DNA from: an uncultured Methanoregulaceae archaeon | GTDB taxonomy: Archaea > Halobacteriota > Methanomicrobia > Methanomicrobiales > Methanospirillaceae | Length of the DNA: 64,000 bases | Direction of reading: 5' to 3' | NCBI GenBank assembly: GCA_963737635.1 | Contig: CAVTTL010000001.1 | Span: forward strand, 288,001 to 352,000 | Part shown: piece after piece, positions 32,628-42,246 of the stretch | How the letters are laid out: every line of letters begins with the position of its first letter | Position numbering within the stretch: the first letter of the stretch is position 1 | Notes under the pieces: generated by a model | The model's input: the letters and a program-made list of their open reading frames with translations, nothing else | Told to the model about the DNA's origin: nothing | The model's database searches: none | Program-made: the position numbers and the translations under genes

Positions 32628-32855
32628 AGCATCTCCCGGTACTATCCGGCAGCGATGCAATCCGGGTATTAACCCGGGCGGGATTCTCATTCGTACGCCA
32701 GAGAGGAAAGTCATGTCCGGATGAAAAAGCAGCAACCGGACACTACCTTTAATGTTACTATCCCTCTGCATGATGAACTTGACCGTACAACACTCCGTAC
32801 AATCATCAAAGCGGCGGGACTTTCTGAAGATGAGTTCCTGAAACTTCTGGAATGA
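32624..32855 (+). pseudogene. hicA: HicA family toxin with +1 frameshift near 32708
   Basis: Hand translation MKHLPVLSGSDAIRVLTRAGFSFVRQRG/SHVRMKK...[33 protein letters not shown]; GTG overlaps the hicB stop. Confidence 0.85.
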
Positions 32856-32924
32856 CACCTTTCTTTTGCTCCTGTCCTTGTCAGAGGCTTCCCTTGTCCC
32901 CGGGCCCAAACGTCTTTCAAAGAC

Positions 32925-33113
32925 CGAAGCGTCTTCTGCTCCGGCAAAACCGGTTCCGGCGGACGGCAGTGGGCCTTCCCCGATTATTATCGTGGCTGGG
33001 ATCGCCGGGATCGTGCTGATGGTCTCCGGCGGACTGCTCATCCGGCGCTGGTGGATCCGCCGGCAGAACCCGGCCCTGTTCCGGAAATACGATTAACTCT
33101 TTTTTTAATCCGG
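32925..33113 (+). repeat. Orphan surface-protein C-terminus, 3'-end repeat copy 2
   Basis: [56 protein letters not shown], with no credible start or signal peptide. Confidence 0.92.
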
Positions 33114-33246
33114 CTTTGCCGGCTTCTCGCGGAAATATCCTCAATGAAAGCCGGTGCCGGCATATACCCTTATCAAGGGTATCTGATAGGAGAAACCTGA
33201 TGTGCAGAAACGTCCAAGAAAGATCAGGAATATTGGGGAATCCATC

Positions 33247-33436
33247 CTGAAAGTCCGTGAGATTATTAAAATGATAGAGAACGACGGATGGTTCCTTGTC
33301 GCAACAAAGGGGAGTCATCGCCAGTACAAGCACCCAGAGAAATCCGGCAGGATCACTATTGCCCGGCCATCCGTCTGAAGATCTTGCGCCCGGCACAATG
33401 AACAGTATCGTAAAACAGGCACATATAAAGGATTGA
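33247..33436 (+). pseudogene. hicA: HicA family toxin with +1 frameshift near 33362 and CTG at the expected start
   Basis: KVREIIKMIENDGWFLVATKGSHRQYKHPEKSGRITIA/GHPSEDLAPGTMNSIVKQA. Confidence 0.85.
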
Positions 33437-33441
33437 GTACC

Positions 33442-33660
33442 ATGCACCGGTTCCTTATCGTGATTGAAAAAGCGGAAAAGAATTACTCGGCATATTCACC
33501 GGACCTTCCCGGATGCGTCGCAACGGGAAAGACCCGGGAAGAGACTGAAGAGCGGATGCACGAGGCAATCGAGATGCATATCCGGGGAATGATCGAAGAC
33601 CGGATACCAGTCCCGAAGTCTCATTCATCCGCGACATTTGTCGCAGTCCAGGCTGACTGA
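33442..33660 (+). CDS. hicB: HicB family antitoxin
   Basis: IVIEKAEKNYSAYSPDLPGCVATGKTREE...HEAIEMHIRGM. Confidence 0.93.
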   Translation: MHRFLIVIEKAEKNYSAYSPDLPGCVATGKTREETEERMHEAIEMHIRGMIEDRIPVPKSHSSATFVAVQAD

Positions 33661-33786
33661 CAGCGGCCAGGCCACTTTTGCAAAGACCGGATTTTCCGGG
33701 CAAAACGATGTCGGCATCACAGATGGTGAATGGTACTAAACTCTCTTAATACCGGAACCAGATATCTGTATACAATCCGAACAGGT

Positions 33787-33861
33787 ATGGATTTCAAAAT
33801 TGCGACCGAAAAAGATAAGGATGGCTGGTATATTGTTACCGTACCGGCATTACCGGACTGA
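33787..33861 (+). pseudogene. Truncated HicB N-terminus
   Basis: MDFKIATEKDKDGWYIVTVPALPD*, matching the first HicB. Confidence 0.75.
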
Positions 33862-34046
33862 TTTTATGTCAGGGTAAAAACAGTCTTACGGTGGAATATG
33901 CCTTGAGGGACATGAAGAAGCCGATCGGTGTCATCGAATGGCAGACAAAACTGATAGAATCGCTTCCAAAAAGGCCCCGAGGAAGCTTGCCGACCGTGGA
34001 AGACTTGGAGGCTGAGTTCGCGAAAGGCGGAAAAAAGACGTCATAA
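33855..34046 (+). pseudogene. C-terminal fragment of DUF1016/YhcG PD-(D/E)XK nuclease
   Basis: GLILCQGKNSLTVEYALRDMKKPIGVIEWQTKLIESLP...GSLPTVEDLEAE, the characteristic DUF1016 C-terminus. Confidence 0.8.
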
Positions 34047-34094
34047 ATTGTCAGCTCGTGTATTTGTCCCACAAGCTGTGGGACAATTTACGGT

Positions 34095-34284
34095 CACGAA
34101 GCCGCCGGTCTGGTTTTCCCAGCCATACCGGCAACGAGCATCGGGTCTTCGCTTCTCCTTGCCGGCATCGGCATTGCCGGGATTGTGCTGATTGTCGCCG
34201 GTGGGCTTCTCGTCCGGCGCTGGTGGATCCGCAGACAGAACCCGGCCCTGTTCCGGAAATACGATTAACCTTTTTTTAATCCGG
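34095..34284 (+). repeat. Orphan surface-protein C-terminus, 3'-end repeat copy 3
   Basis: ...[49 protein letters not shown] (stop 34268) then T-tract AATCCGG. Confidence 0.92.
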
Positions 34285-34500
34285 GCTACGGATCGGGCAC
34301 TGAGTAATGCCCGGCGGTATCGGGTGGAACCAGTGTGCGGCAACGTCAAAAAAAGAACCCGTTATGATACCTAGTAATATATCAAGTATAAGGAAAATGA
34401 GAGGATGCGTTTTTTTCAAGTGTCGACAGTACAAGCAATTTACGCCAAATATCCTGCACGGTACAAAATAATATCATGAGTAAGGGAGAATGAAGATCAA

Positions 34501-34770
34501 ATGGACGGAGTTAACGTAAAATGGCTGAACGATATCCTCATGGGTATCACGTTCTTAATCTGTTTTATTACCGGACTTTTGAAATACAGCGTTCTTTTGC
34601 AGGTGACCGGGTTAAACAACGTCATCCTTCCCGGCGCATTGATCTCCGATCTCCATGACTGGTCCGGCATTGTTCTTGGGATCTTTGTCTTCCTCCACCT
34701 GTTCCTGAACCGCCGGTGGATTATTTCCACGACTCACAAAATAGTTACCGGGACCGGCCCGGAACCCTGA
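34501..34770 (+). CDS. DUF4405 domain membrane protein (cytochrome b-like)
   Basis: Two TMs; ITGLLK...DLHDWSG...LHLFLNRRWI. Confidence 0.85.
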   Translation: MDGVNVKWLNDILMGITFLICFITGLLKYSVLLQVTGLNNVILPGALISDLHDWSGIVLGIFVFLHLFLNRRWIISTTHKIVTGTGPEP

Positions 34771-34814
34771 TCACTGGCCGGTTCCACCCGGCGGCCGGGA
34801 AAAAAGAATCAGAC

Positions 34815-35504
34815 CTAGAAGAAACTCTGGTTCAGGTTCCCGGAGAGCGAATACCCTCGTTGTTCCCAGTAGCCCTGGTAGGTAGGATTGTCGGTAAGTT
34901 CTATTTTGTCGATCCATTTGATCCACTTGTACCCCCACTTGTCCTCTGCCACCAGCTGGAACGGATACCCGCGTTCTGCGGGAAGGGTGACGTTATTTAT
35001 CCGGTATGCCATGATAATGTCCTGCTGGGTGAAGTAGCTGAGAGGAAATGAGGTAGTATACCCATCGGTGGCGGTGAACACCACCGTATTTGCCCGGGGA
35101 TCGACACCTGCATCATTAAGGATATCCCGTACAAGCACGCCCTGCCACAGGACAGTTGCGTCCCAGCCTTCCACGCAGTGGAGGGTCACCACTTTGGAAT
35201 AATCCGGGAACTGTGTAAGAATCTGGCCATAGGAATACGTGACCGTACGTTTGGTCAGTCCAGTCACCGTCAACTGGTAGGTGGAAGTATTGACATGCTG
35301 GACGCCATTTATTGCATTCTCCCGGAAATCGTTGATGGACGAGAGATCCTGTCCCTGGTAGGAACGTACTTCAACCGGGGAAAGCGGGGTAGCACCTCCG
35401 GTATTTTGTCCTATTCCGTAAAGAGGGCCGATAAAAATCACGGCTACAATAACGATCGCTGCAACGGCGGCGAGCACACCGGCGAGCATGACCCGGGGAT
35501 TCAT
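34815..35504 (-). CDS. Molybdopterin-dependent oxidoreductase (MsrP/YedY, sulfite oxidase family)
   Basis: N-terminal TM; LHCVEGW, DGYTTS, ERGYPFQLV, WGYKWIKWI, GYWEQRGY. Confidence 0.92.
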   Translation of the reverse strand: MNPRVMLAGVLAAVAAIVIVAVIFIGPLYGIGQNTGGATPLSPVEVRSYQGQDLSSINDFRENAINGVQHVNTSTYQLTVTGLTKRTVTYSYGQILTQFPDYSKVVTLHCVEGWDATVLWQGVLVRDILNDAGVDPRANTVVFTATDGYTTSFPLSYFTQQDIIMAYRINNVTLPAERGYPFQLVAEDKWGYKWIKWIDKIELTDNPTYQGYWEQRGYSLSGNLNQSFF

Positions 35505-35578
35505 AAAAGTACATCGACATGCGGGATAATGAAGAATGAGATAGAGGCAGATTCCCCATTACGCCGGTAGGATCGGCA

Positions 35579-36343
35579 TCACTCAAGATTTGCGATCGTC
35601 GCAAAATCCTCCAGGTACAATTCTTCCGGCCGGCTTTTGAGGATCACTTCGGGAAGCGCGGTGATCGCCCGGTCTGCCCAGTCCCGATCGAGTATTCCCG
35701 ACGATCCTCTCAGGCCGTTTTTCACAGTCTTTCTCCGGTGGGTAAAGAGCGCCCGCACGACTTCTTCATACCGTTTTTTGTCATTGACGCCGAAAATCGG
35801 TGGACGCGGAATGATCTTAACAACCATCGAGTGTACCTGAGGCTTAGGTGAGAAACACGTAGGCGGGAGCGTAAAGCACTGCTGCACGACCGCATAGGTC
35901 TGGACCATAATCGAAAGCCGCCCACAATCCTTTGTGCCAGCCGGGGCGATCATACGCCTGGCAAACTCCTCCTGGAACATCAGGACGGCCACTTGAAATC
36001 CGGCATCGAGAAGGCGAAACGTAATCTTCGACGAAACAGAGTAAGGGAGATTGGAAACAACCATCTCAAACGGGGGGAGTTCGCACCGGATCGCGTCCCC
36101 ATGCGTAACCGTGAGTGTATCATCCCGGATTTCGGCTGAGAAAAGGTCGGCAAGCTCTTCACAGAGATGCCCGTCAAGCTCTACCGCATGGACAATGGCA
36201 CCCCGGTCGAGGAGGGCCCGGGTCAGGGCCCCGTTTCCCGGCCCGACCTCAAGGACTGTCCTTCTTTTCACTTCCGCAAGATCCGCGATCCGGTTTACCG
36301 CGTTCTTATCAATGAGGAAGTGCTGGTCGTGATGGGCTTTCAT
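35579..36343 (-). CDS. rsmA: 16S rRNA dimethyladenosine transferase
   Basis: DQHFL, VLEVGPGNGALT, VSNLPYSVSS. Confidence 0.97.
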   Translation of the reverse strand: MKAHHDQHFLIDKNAVNRIADLAEVKRRTVLEVGPGNGALTRALLDRGAIVHAVELDGHLCEELADLFSAEIRDDTLTVTHGDAIRCELPPFEMVVSNLPYSVSSKITFRLLDAGFQVAVLMFQEEFARRMIAPAGTKDCGRLSIMVQTYAVVQQCFTLPPTCFSPKPQVHSMVVKIIPRPPIFGVNDKKRYEEVVRALFTHRRKTVKNGLRGSSGILDRDWADRAITALPEVILKSRPEELYLEDFATIANLE

Positions 36344-36903
36344 TTCGTCGTGAAGAGATGGTACTTGACGTCTTTATCCTGAAGCTCTTCGAGGATCCGG
36401 GCCTGAATCATCTTTTCCGGATGGGGGATCGACTTGATCCGGGCCGAAATATCAGCAAAGTTCTCAAACGGCTTCCGGTTCCGGGCTTCCAGCACCTCCC
36501 ACATCAATTTCTTGCCGATACCGGGCAGCAGGTGCAACATGTGAAGCTTGGGGGTGATGGAAATTGCCTTGTTAAAGAAGGTGACAAAATCCTGTTCCCG
36601 GTCTGTCACGACCTGTTCGATCATGAACGGCAGCTCCCCCCGGGCAGTCTGCGTCAGCTCGTCATAACTGATCCGGCGTTTTACGCGTTCGATTTTGTCA
36701 CGCGAGGAGTCCCCGATATAGACTTTATCGTGGAGGTTGATTACCACCCCAGGTTTGGGGATCAATTCGAGGAGCTTGAACTGCTCAAGACCCATTGCCT
36801 GAACAACAGGTTCGCGTTTAAACTGCGGCCGGGGATCCTCGGCATGCCCTTTCATGAGCACATCCAGTACGATCGCGTTGACCTCTTTTTTCTCGGCCTT
36901 CAT
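36340..36903 (-). CDS. DUF655 domain protein
   Basis: FKLLEL...FFNKAISITPKLHMLHLLPGIGKK; conserved position between rpoF and ksgA. Confidence 0.93.
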   Translation of the reverse strand: MKAEKKEVNAIVLDVLMKGHAEDPRPQFKREPVVQAMGLEQFKLLELIPKPGVVINLHDKVYIGDSSRDKIERVKRRISYDELTQTARGELPFMIEQVVTDREQDFVTFFNKAISITPKLHMLHLLPGIGKKLMWEVLEARNRKPFENFADISARIKSIPHPEKMIQARILEELQDKDVKYHLFTTK

Positions 36904-36913
36904 GATCTGCACC

Positions 36914-37265
36914 TCAGAAGTGTGCCATGACCAGGTCGATAATGGAATCAATCTCTTCGGGCGAAAGCGTAAATCGCTCTTTTGCGAAGATTGCCCGCAC
37001 TTCGTCCCTGCTTTTAGGCATGATATTTGCTATACGGTAGGCAATCTCCGGCTTCATTTTCTCCAGCTTGAGGAGCTTATCCACGAGATCTTTGGATTTT
37101 TCAGGCGTGGTCTTGGCAAGATGGTTGGCATGGTCCATACTGCGCCTGAACTCGTAGGACAACTCCTTCTCGGCAGCGATCCTCTCTGATTCCACTCCCA
37201 TAAGAGCTGACGCGGAGTTCGGGGAGAGTAACCTTCTCTTCGCTAAGAATACCCTTCACTTTCAT
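36914..37265 (-). CDS. rpoF: RNA polymerase subunit F (Rpo4), +1 frameshift near 37211
   Basis: MKVKGILSEEKVTLPELR / ...ELSYEFRRSMDH...KPEIAYRIANIMPKSRDEVRAIFAKER. Confidence 0.92.
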
Positions 37266-37286
37266 GCCAATCACCTGACAATGAGT

Positions 37287-37577
37287 TTACTTTTGTGCTT
37301 TTAGATGTTGCGGTCTTGCAATGACCGTTTTTTCCGCATTACCGTCGTTAATGGTGAGCATCCATGCCCGGCCGCGTTTGCCGATTACCGTGCCCGTGAG
37401 GCCGTGGAACCGGCGGTGCGGCATCCCTTTCTGGATGCTCGAATTCACAACAATGTGTACTTTCGCGCCGATCTCGAACTGCTGGATGACGGAGGTAACC
37501 GGCGGCAGCCCGCGCTGTCTCAATTCTTTCTTGAACTTATACCGTGTTTTCTTTCTTGGTCCGTTGTGATGTGCCAT
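37287..37577 (-). CDS. rpl21e: 50S ribosomal protein L21e
   Basis: GPRKKTRYKF...KGMPHRRFHGLTG...RPQHL. Confidence 0.98.
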   Translation of the reverse strand: MAHHNGPRKKTRYKFKKELRQRGLPPVTSVIQQFEIGAKVHIVVNSSIQKGMPHRRFHGLTGTVIGKRGRAWMLTINDGNAEKTVIARPQHLKAQK

Positions 37578-37579
37578 TG

Positions 37580-38813
37580 TTAATCTCCCTCCTTTGGTCC
37601 TTCAACATGCACGACATCAAGACTGGTGACGTGCGCCGATCGCTGCAGGATCTCGGCAAGACTCGGGGTGGTCCTTCCCTGATCGCCTGATATGAGTTCC
37701 TTGATATAGAGGCCGGCTTCGCCGAGGACTTCGAGAATAAACTGTCCATCCTGTTCCCCTATGCACTCGATATCGAGGACTTTACGCTCCCGGACTTTAT
37801 CTGCTCTCCGGTGGGCGACCCGTTCGGGCGTGCGCTGGTGTATTGTGACGCCCTTTAAGGTATTCAGGGCATTTACCAGCACTTCTGCCGGTAATTGCCC
37901 TTCGACCTCGACCAGGATCCTGTATTTTTTATGCGCTTTACTTGATTTAAGGGTTTCCACATCAGAACGGTCGGTCCAGTGTGAAAGGGAAACCGCGACC
38001 CTTCCTTCGGCAGTTCGGTTGATCTCCGATTCGAGTGCGCCAAGGGAAACCGACCGCTTTTTCGGGGCGACGATCTCGAGGATGAATGGACGGCCGGTGC
38101 CGATCATCCGTGCATCGATATCTTCCCTGCCCGGCTCCGTGCAGGACAGCATTTCCAGCATCGAATGCCTCAATTGCAGGCCTGCCAATCAGTTCTTCCA
38201 CCGAATCCATGTACTGCTTGCCCGTATAGTTACACTTCTCGCAACCGGCTCCCTTGCAGGACCGGCAGTTCCAATGGGTCTGGGGGATACCGCGTTCGAA
38301 CTTCTGGTATCTTCCGTAGAAAAAGAGGGAATTCACCTGGATTTCAACAGTACCGCCTGCCGGATCGATCAGGGCAACGACGTCGGGTTTTTTGAATTCC
38401 ACCACCTTTCCCGTAATTGCCGAGACCGCTTTTCCCACCTCCCGGTTCACTTCGGACTTAAATGGCTCGGGATCCCCAAGGGAGAGGTCGCTCCAGACCA
38501 TCTCCTCGTTCTCTGCAATAAGCGGGGGCACCCGACAGCCGACGAGGAACGTCGAGTACTCGTAGCCTTCCAGCGCACAAACAACCTTATCCGCCCATCC
38601 GGACACATCGTCAAAGAAGTTTCCGCAGATCCAGCATGTGCCGGAGAAGTGATCGTATGGCTGGTTTGCAGCCAAAGCCCGTGCTATCCGGAGCCCTTTT
38701 CCCCGCTCGTCATTGCCAAGGCCATGTGACCGTTTACCGAAAAACCGGCCCAGGCAATGATCGCAACAGTCGCCATACGCCAGAATTTTTTCCACTTGTT
38801 CGTTCATTTCCAT
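37580..38813 (-). CDS. pus10: tRNA pseudouridine(54/55) synthase Pus10, +1 frameshift near 38131
   Basis: CDHCLGR, GRYQKFERGIPQTHW, LHGAG/REDIDARM, GLYIKELISGD. Confidence 0.95.
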
Positions 38814-39379
38814 CCGTTTTTCCTCCGGTCAATCTCATTCGAGATCACGGTAATCGTATGATCGGCGTGCAGGCAGGCGGGTCCCACCGAATACCGGGAT
38901 GTATCCTTGATCAGTATCTCCTCATCGTCGGAAAAATTCTGGTGATCGGAGAGGAGATACCCTTCCGGAATACCCGGTACCGTTCGGATATCAGTGCCTT
39001 TCTCGTCGAGTACGGCAAACGCATGTTCCGTAAAAAGACGTTCAAGGCCGGCGGTCCTCACATAAACACCGGGGGCTGCTTCGCGAAACTCACTCCCGCA
39101 GGGTATCGAGAGCCCTTTTTTGATGAGCGCCCCGGCACTTCTTTCATCAGGAGAGAGAGAACGGATCTCGCTCCCCCGGAACAACACGGTTTTTGGCGAT
39201 TTTGGTTCGCCACGTAAGACAAGGTAACAATCCACGTCCCGGCGCAGGTCATGCGAAAGGAAGAGAGAGGCATTCACGCAGCGGCAGAGCACGTCCATAC
39301 GCCCTGCTCCGGGAAGATCGTTGAGGGAAAAGTCCCCGTCTGTGCGGGCAAGGTGCCCGACAATGGCAAACGAGGTCAT
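38804..39379 (-). CDS. trmY: tRNA (pseudouridine54-N1)-methyltransferase
   Basis: FSLNDLPGAGRMDVLCRC, PDERSAG, LSDHQ, LHADH. Confidence 0.95.
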   Translation of the reverse strand: MTSFAIVGHLARTDGDFSLNDLPGAGRMDVLCRCVNASLFLSHDLRRDVDCYLVLRGEPKSPKTVLFRGSEIRSLSPDERSAGALIKKGLSIPCGSEFREAAPGVYVRTAGLERLFTEHAFAVLDEKGTDIRTVPGIPEGYLLSDHQNFSDDEEILIKDTSRYSVGPACLHADHTITVISNEIDRRKNGWK

Positions 39380-39380
39380 C

Positions 39381-40706
39381 TCACTGCATTCCGGAGAAGC
39401 GCTTCATCAGGCGCTGCATGTTGAATTTCCCGCCTGCAGCTCCCCGAAGCCCCTTGAGGGTCTTATGCATCATCTTGTAATATTTCAGGAGTTCCCTGAC
39501 TTCTTCGGGAATACCGCCGGTGCCCCGGGCGATCCGTTGCATCCGCGAACTGGTGATGATGGCAGGATCGTCGAGTTCCTGAGAAGTCATCGAGTCCATG
39601 AGTATCCGATACCGCACCATCTTGGTGCTCGTTACATCATAGACACCCTCGGGAAGCTGTATGTTGCCCATCGGGAGCATATTCATGATCTGCTTGAGGG
39701 GACCCATTTTGTTGAGAGCTTCGAGCTGCTTGTACATGTCGCGAAGAGTGAAGTGCCCCTTCATCATCGCATCCATGTCCATCTCGTTTGCTACCTGGGC
39801 TTCCTGAACTTTTTCCGCCAGTGCCTGGAGATCACCCATCCCGAGAAGCCGCGAGATAAAACCATTTGCGTCGAAGCGTTCAAGATCCTCAATGGTCTCT
39901 CCTGCGCCGATAAAGACGATCCCGCTCTTTGTCTCGGCAACGGCCGAGAGAGCGCCCCCGCCTTTTGCCGTACCGTCCATTTTCGTGATGATGACACCGT
40001 CAATCCCAATCGCTTCATGGAACCGGCGTGCCTGTTCGCTTGCCTGCTGGCCAAGCGCGGCGTCGATCACGAGCCAGCGGTGGTTGGCTTTCGTGAGCAC
40101 ATTGAGATCGATAATCTCCTGGATAAGATCGGGTTCGAGCGCATGGCGTCCCTGGGTATCGACAATAATGACCTCAAGATCTTTTATGGCGACAAGGCCT
40201 TCCCGGACTATCTTCCTGGCGTCGGTGACCTTAGGATCGCCAAAGCAGGGGACATTGATCTTTGCACAGAGAGTGGAAAGCTGATCATATGCCCCGGGCC
40301 TGAAGGTATCGGCGCAGATTACCCCGACTTTCATCCCCTTTTTCTGGAAGTAGCGGGCGATCTTTGCTGTTGTTGTGGTCTTCCCGCTTCCCTGGAGACC
40401 GGCCATCAGGATGACCTGTGGCTCGAGCCTTAAGTCTGCCGTGGCATAGACGAGCCTGACCAGTTCCTGGTAAACAATCCGAAGGACATGTTCCCGGACG
40501 TTGGTGTTTTTTGGCAGCTCCTCGTCAAGCGACCGGGTACGGATCGCCTTTGAGAGTTCCATCACCAGCTTGACATTCACATCTGCTGAAAGAAGCGCCC
40601 GCTGGAGGTTTTTGACTAGTTCGTCAACCGCTGCCCGGTCAACGACCGCTTTCCCGGCGAGTTTCTTGAGGGCATCCTTAAGCGAGGCGGAAAGAGAGTC
40701 CATCAT
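39381..40706 (-). CDS. srp54: Signal recognition particle protein SRP54
   Basis: GLQGSGKTT, DTFRPGA, DTQGR, TKMDG, Met-rich M domain. Confidence 0.98.
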   Translation of the reverse strand: MMDSLSASLKDALKKLAGKAVVDRAAVDELVKNLQRALLSADVNVKLVMELSKAIRTRSLDEELPKNTNVREHVLRIVYQELVRLVYATADLRLEPQVILMAGLQGSGKTTTTAKIARYFQKKGMKVGVICADTFRPGAYDQLSTLCAKINVPCFGDPKVTDARKIVREGLVAIKDLEVIIVDTQGRHALEPDLIQEIIDLNVLTKANHRWLVIDAALGQQASEQARRFHEAIGIDGVIITKMDGTAKGGGALSAVAETKSGIVFIGAGETIEDLERFDANGFISRLLGMGDLQALAEKVQEAQVANEMDMDAMMKGHFTLRDMYKQLEALNKMGPLKQIMNMLPMGNIQLPEGVYDVTSTKMVRYRILMDSMTSQELDDPAIITSSRMQRIARGTGGIPEEVRELLKYYKMMHKTLKGLRGAAGGKFNMQRLMKRFSGMQ

Positions 40707-41746
40707 GAGATATCACTCCCCAGAAGTTCCTCGACCATTGCACCGGGCTCAAAGGGTACGATATCATCATAGGCCTGCCCGGTTCCAAGGAAAAGCAGGG
40801 GTTTTCCAATGGTATGAGCGATCGAGATCGCTGCTCCGCCCCGGGAGTCCATATCCGCTTTGGTGAGCACGATGGCATCGGCCCCCACGGTCCGGTCAAA
40901 TTCTGCTGCCCGTACAACCGCATCGTTTCCTGCCACCGCCTCGTCAACGTACACGACGAGATCGGGTTTCATCACGCGCCGGATCTTTTCAAGCTGGCTC
41001 ATAAGGTTCGCCTTCGTGTGGAATCGGCCTGCGGTATCAGCAAGTACCACATCGGTGTTGTGTGCCTGTGCATACTGTACGGTATCAAAGAGCACCGCTG
41101 ACGGGTCGGCGCCTGACTGGTGTTCGATTACCTTGATCCCCAGGCGTTCTGCGTGCACACCGATCTGCTCGATAGCTCCCGCCCGGTACGTATCGCCAGC
41201 ACCGATCACCACCGAGAAACCCTGCTTCTTAAGATATGCTCCGATCTTTGCGACGGTCGTGGTCTTACCGGTCCCGTTCACTCCGGTAAAGAGGATCTTG
41301 ACCGGTCGCTCGTGGGTTTTGATGTACGCCGGCAGGTCAAGACCCGAGCCGAGCACCTTAAGCAGGGCTGATTTAAGGGCCCGGACAACGAGAGCATCCA
41401 CAGATTCACCGATCTTGCGGTGTTTTCCCACGAGGCCGCTGCGGATGTCGGCGACGAGCGCCTCGGCGACCGGCAGTGCAACATCGCTTTCGAGAAGGGT
41501 CATCTCCAGCTCTTCAAGGGCCCCGGCAACGTCTTTTTCCGAGACTACCAGTTCACGATCGATGACAAGAATCCGGACTTTCTCGGCAAGCGTCGGAGTC
41601 TTTGCCGGACCTGCTGCCGGCCGGGCTTCATCCGGTTGTGCGGGAGCGGCCGGGGCAACCGGCTGAGCTGCCTCTGCTGCTGCCCCGATACTTGCGCCAA
41701 GCCGGTCCCGTGCTGCCTGCAGCCGGTCCCTGAGACCCGAAAACAT
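40703..41746 (-). CDS. ftsY: SRP receptor FtsY
   Basis: GVNGTGKTT, DTYRAGA, DTAGR, TKAD, GTGQ. Confidence 0.98.
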   Translation of the reverse strand: MFSGLRDRLQAARDRLGASIGAAAEAAQPVAPAAPAQPDEARPAAGPAKTPTLAEKVRILVIDRELVVSEKDVAGALEELEMTLLESDVALPVAEALVADIRSGLVGKHRKIGESVDALVVRALKSALLKVLGSGLDLPAYIKTHERPVKILFTGVNGTGKTTTVAKIGAYLKKQGFSVVIGAGDTYRAGAIEQIGVHAERLGIKVIEHQSGADPSAVLFDTVQYAQAHNTDVVLADTAGRFHTKANLMSQLEKIRRVMKPDLVVYVDEAVAGNDAVVRAAEFDRTVGADAIVLTKADMDSRGGAAISIAHTIGKPLLFLGTGQAYDDIVPFEPGAMVEELLGSDIS

Positions 41747-41763
41747 AGGTGAGCTTTCCCCGC

Positions 41764-42246
41764 TTATTCTTCGTCGTTATCTTCGTGAGCGTGCCGGAGG
41801 GGGGCTGGTCCTTCTGCCGCAGATGCCTGCCTGTACCCCTGCTCCAGCCGTTTTGCGATCTCATTCATCTGGGTACGGAGTTTTTCGAGGGCCTCGGCAA
41901 CTTTTTTCTGTGAGGCTTCCATCTCGGTGATCCGGTCTTTGAGATACTCCACTGCGTCTGTGTTTGTCTTCTCGATGATAACCTCAGCACCGATATTGAG
42001 AAGGACTTTTTCCGGTTCGAGGATCTTCGCCCTCAGGCTCGCCCCGCCGCCGATCTGGAGAAGAACGGTGCCATCATCTGCAGCGACAAGCGCCTCAAGT
42101 GCTTCGATCGCGGCAAGCGCTTCCATGCGCCCGTTCTCCATAAGTTCAAGCTGGCCGGCAAAGACTTCGGCCTGCTGTCCGTATTCCTTTAAATAATACT
42201 GGAGCGTCTCGATTTCACGCTGATCCATGGGTTGTGCTGCTGCCAA
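41764..42246 (-). CDS. pfdA: Prefoldin subunit alpha
   Basis: Coiled coils around VLLQIGGG...VLLNIGAEVIIEK; upstream of ftsY. Confidence 0.95.
   Translation of the reverse strand: MAAAQPMDQREIETLQYYLKEYGQQAEVFAGQLELMENGRMEALAAIEALEALVAADDGTVLLQIGGGASLRAKILEPEKVLLNIGAEVIIEKTNTDAVEYLKDRITEMEASQKKVAEALEKLRTQMNEIAKRLEQGYRQASAAEGPAPLRHAHEDNDEE

Noticed and set aside
33091-33110. GATTAA-N7/8-TTAATC as a dif/att core
   Set aside because: Only 6-bp arms, spacer varies, copy 1 is imperfect, and stop codon plus T-tract terminator explains it; no recombinase nearby.
32052-34268. Three repeats read as a CRISPR array
   Set aside because: Spacing is about 1 kb, the repeats are protein-coding and there are no cas genes.
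39321-41666. Long plus-strand ORFs (370 and 268 aa) and similar overlapping ORFs elsewhere
   Set aside because: Antisense shadows of well-supported genes such as srp54 and ftsY.
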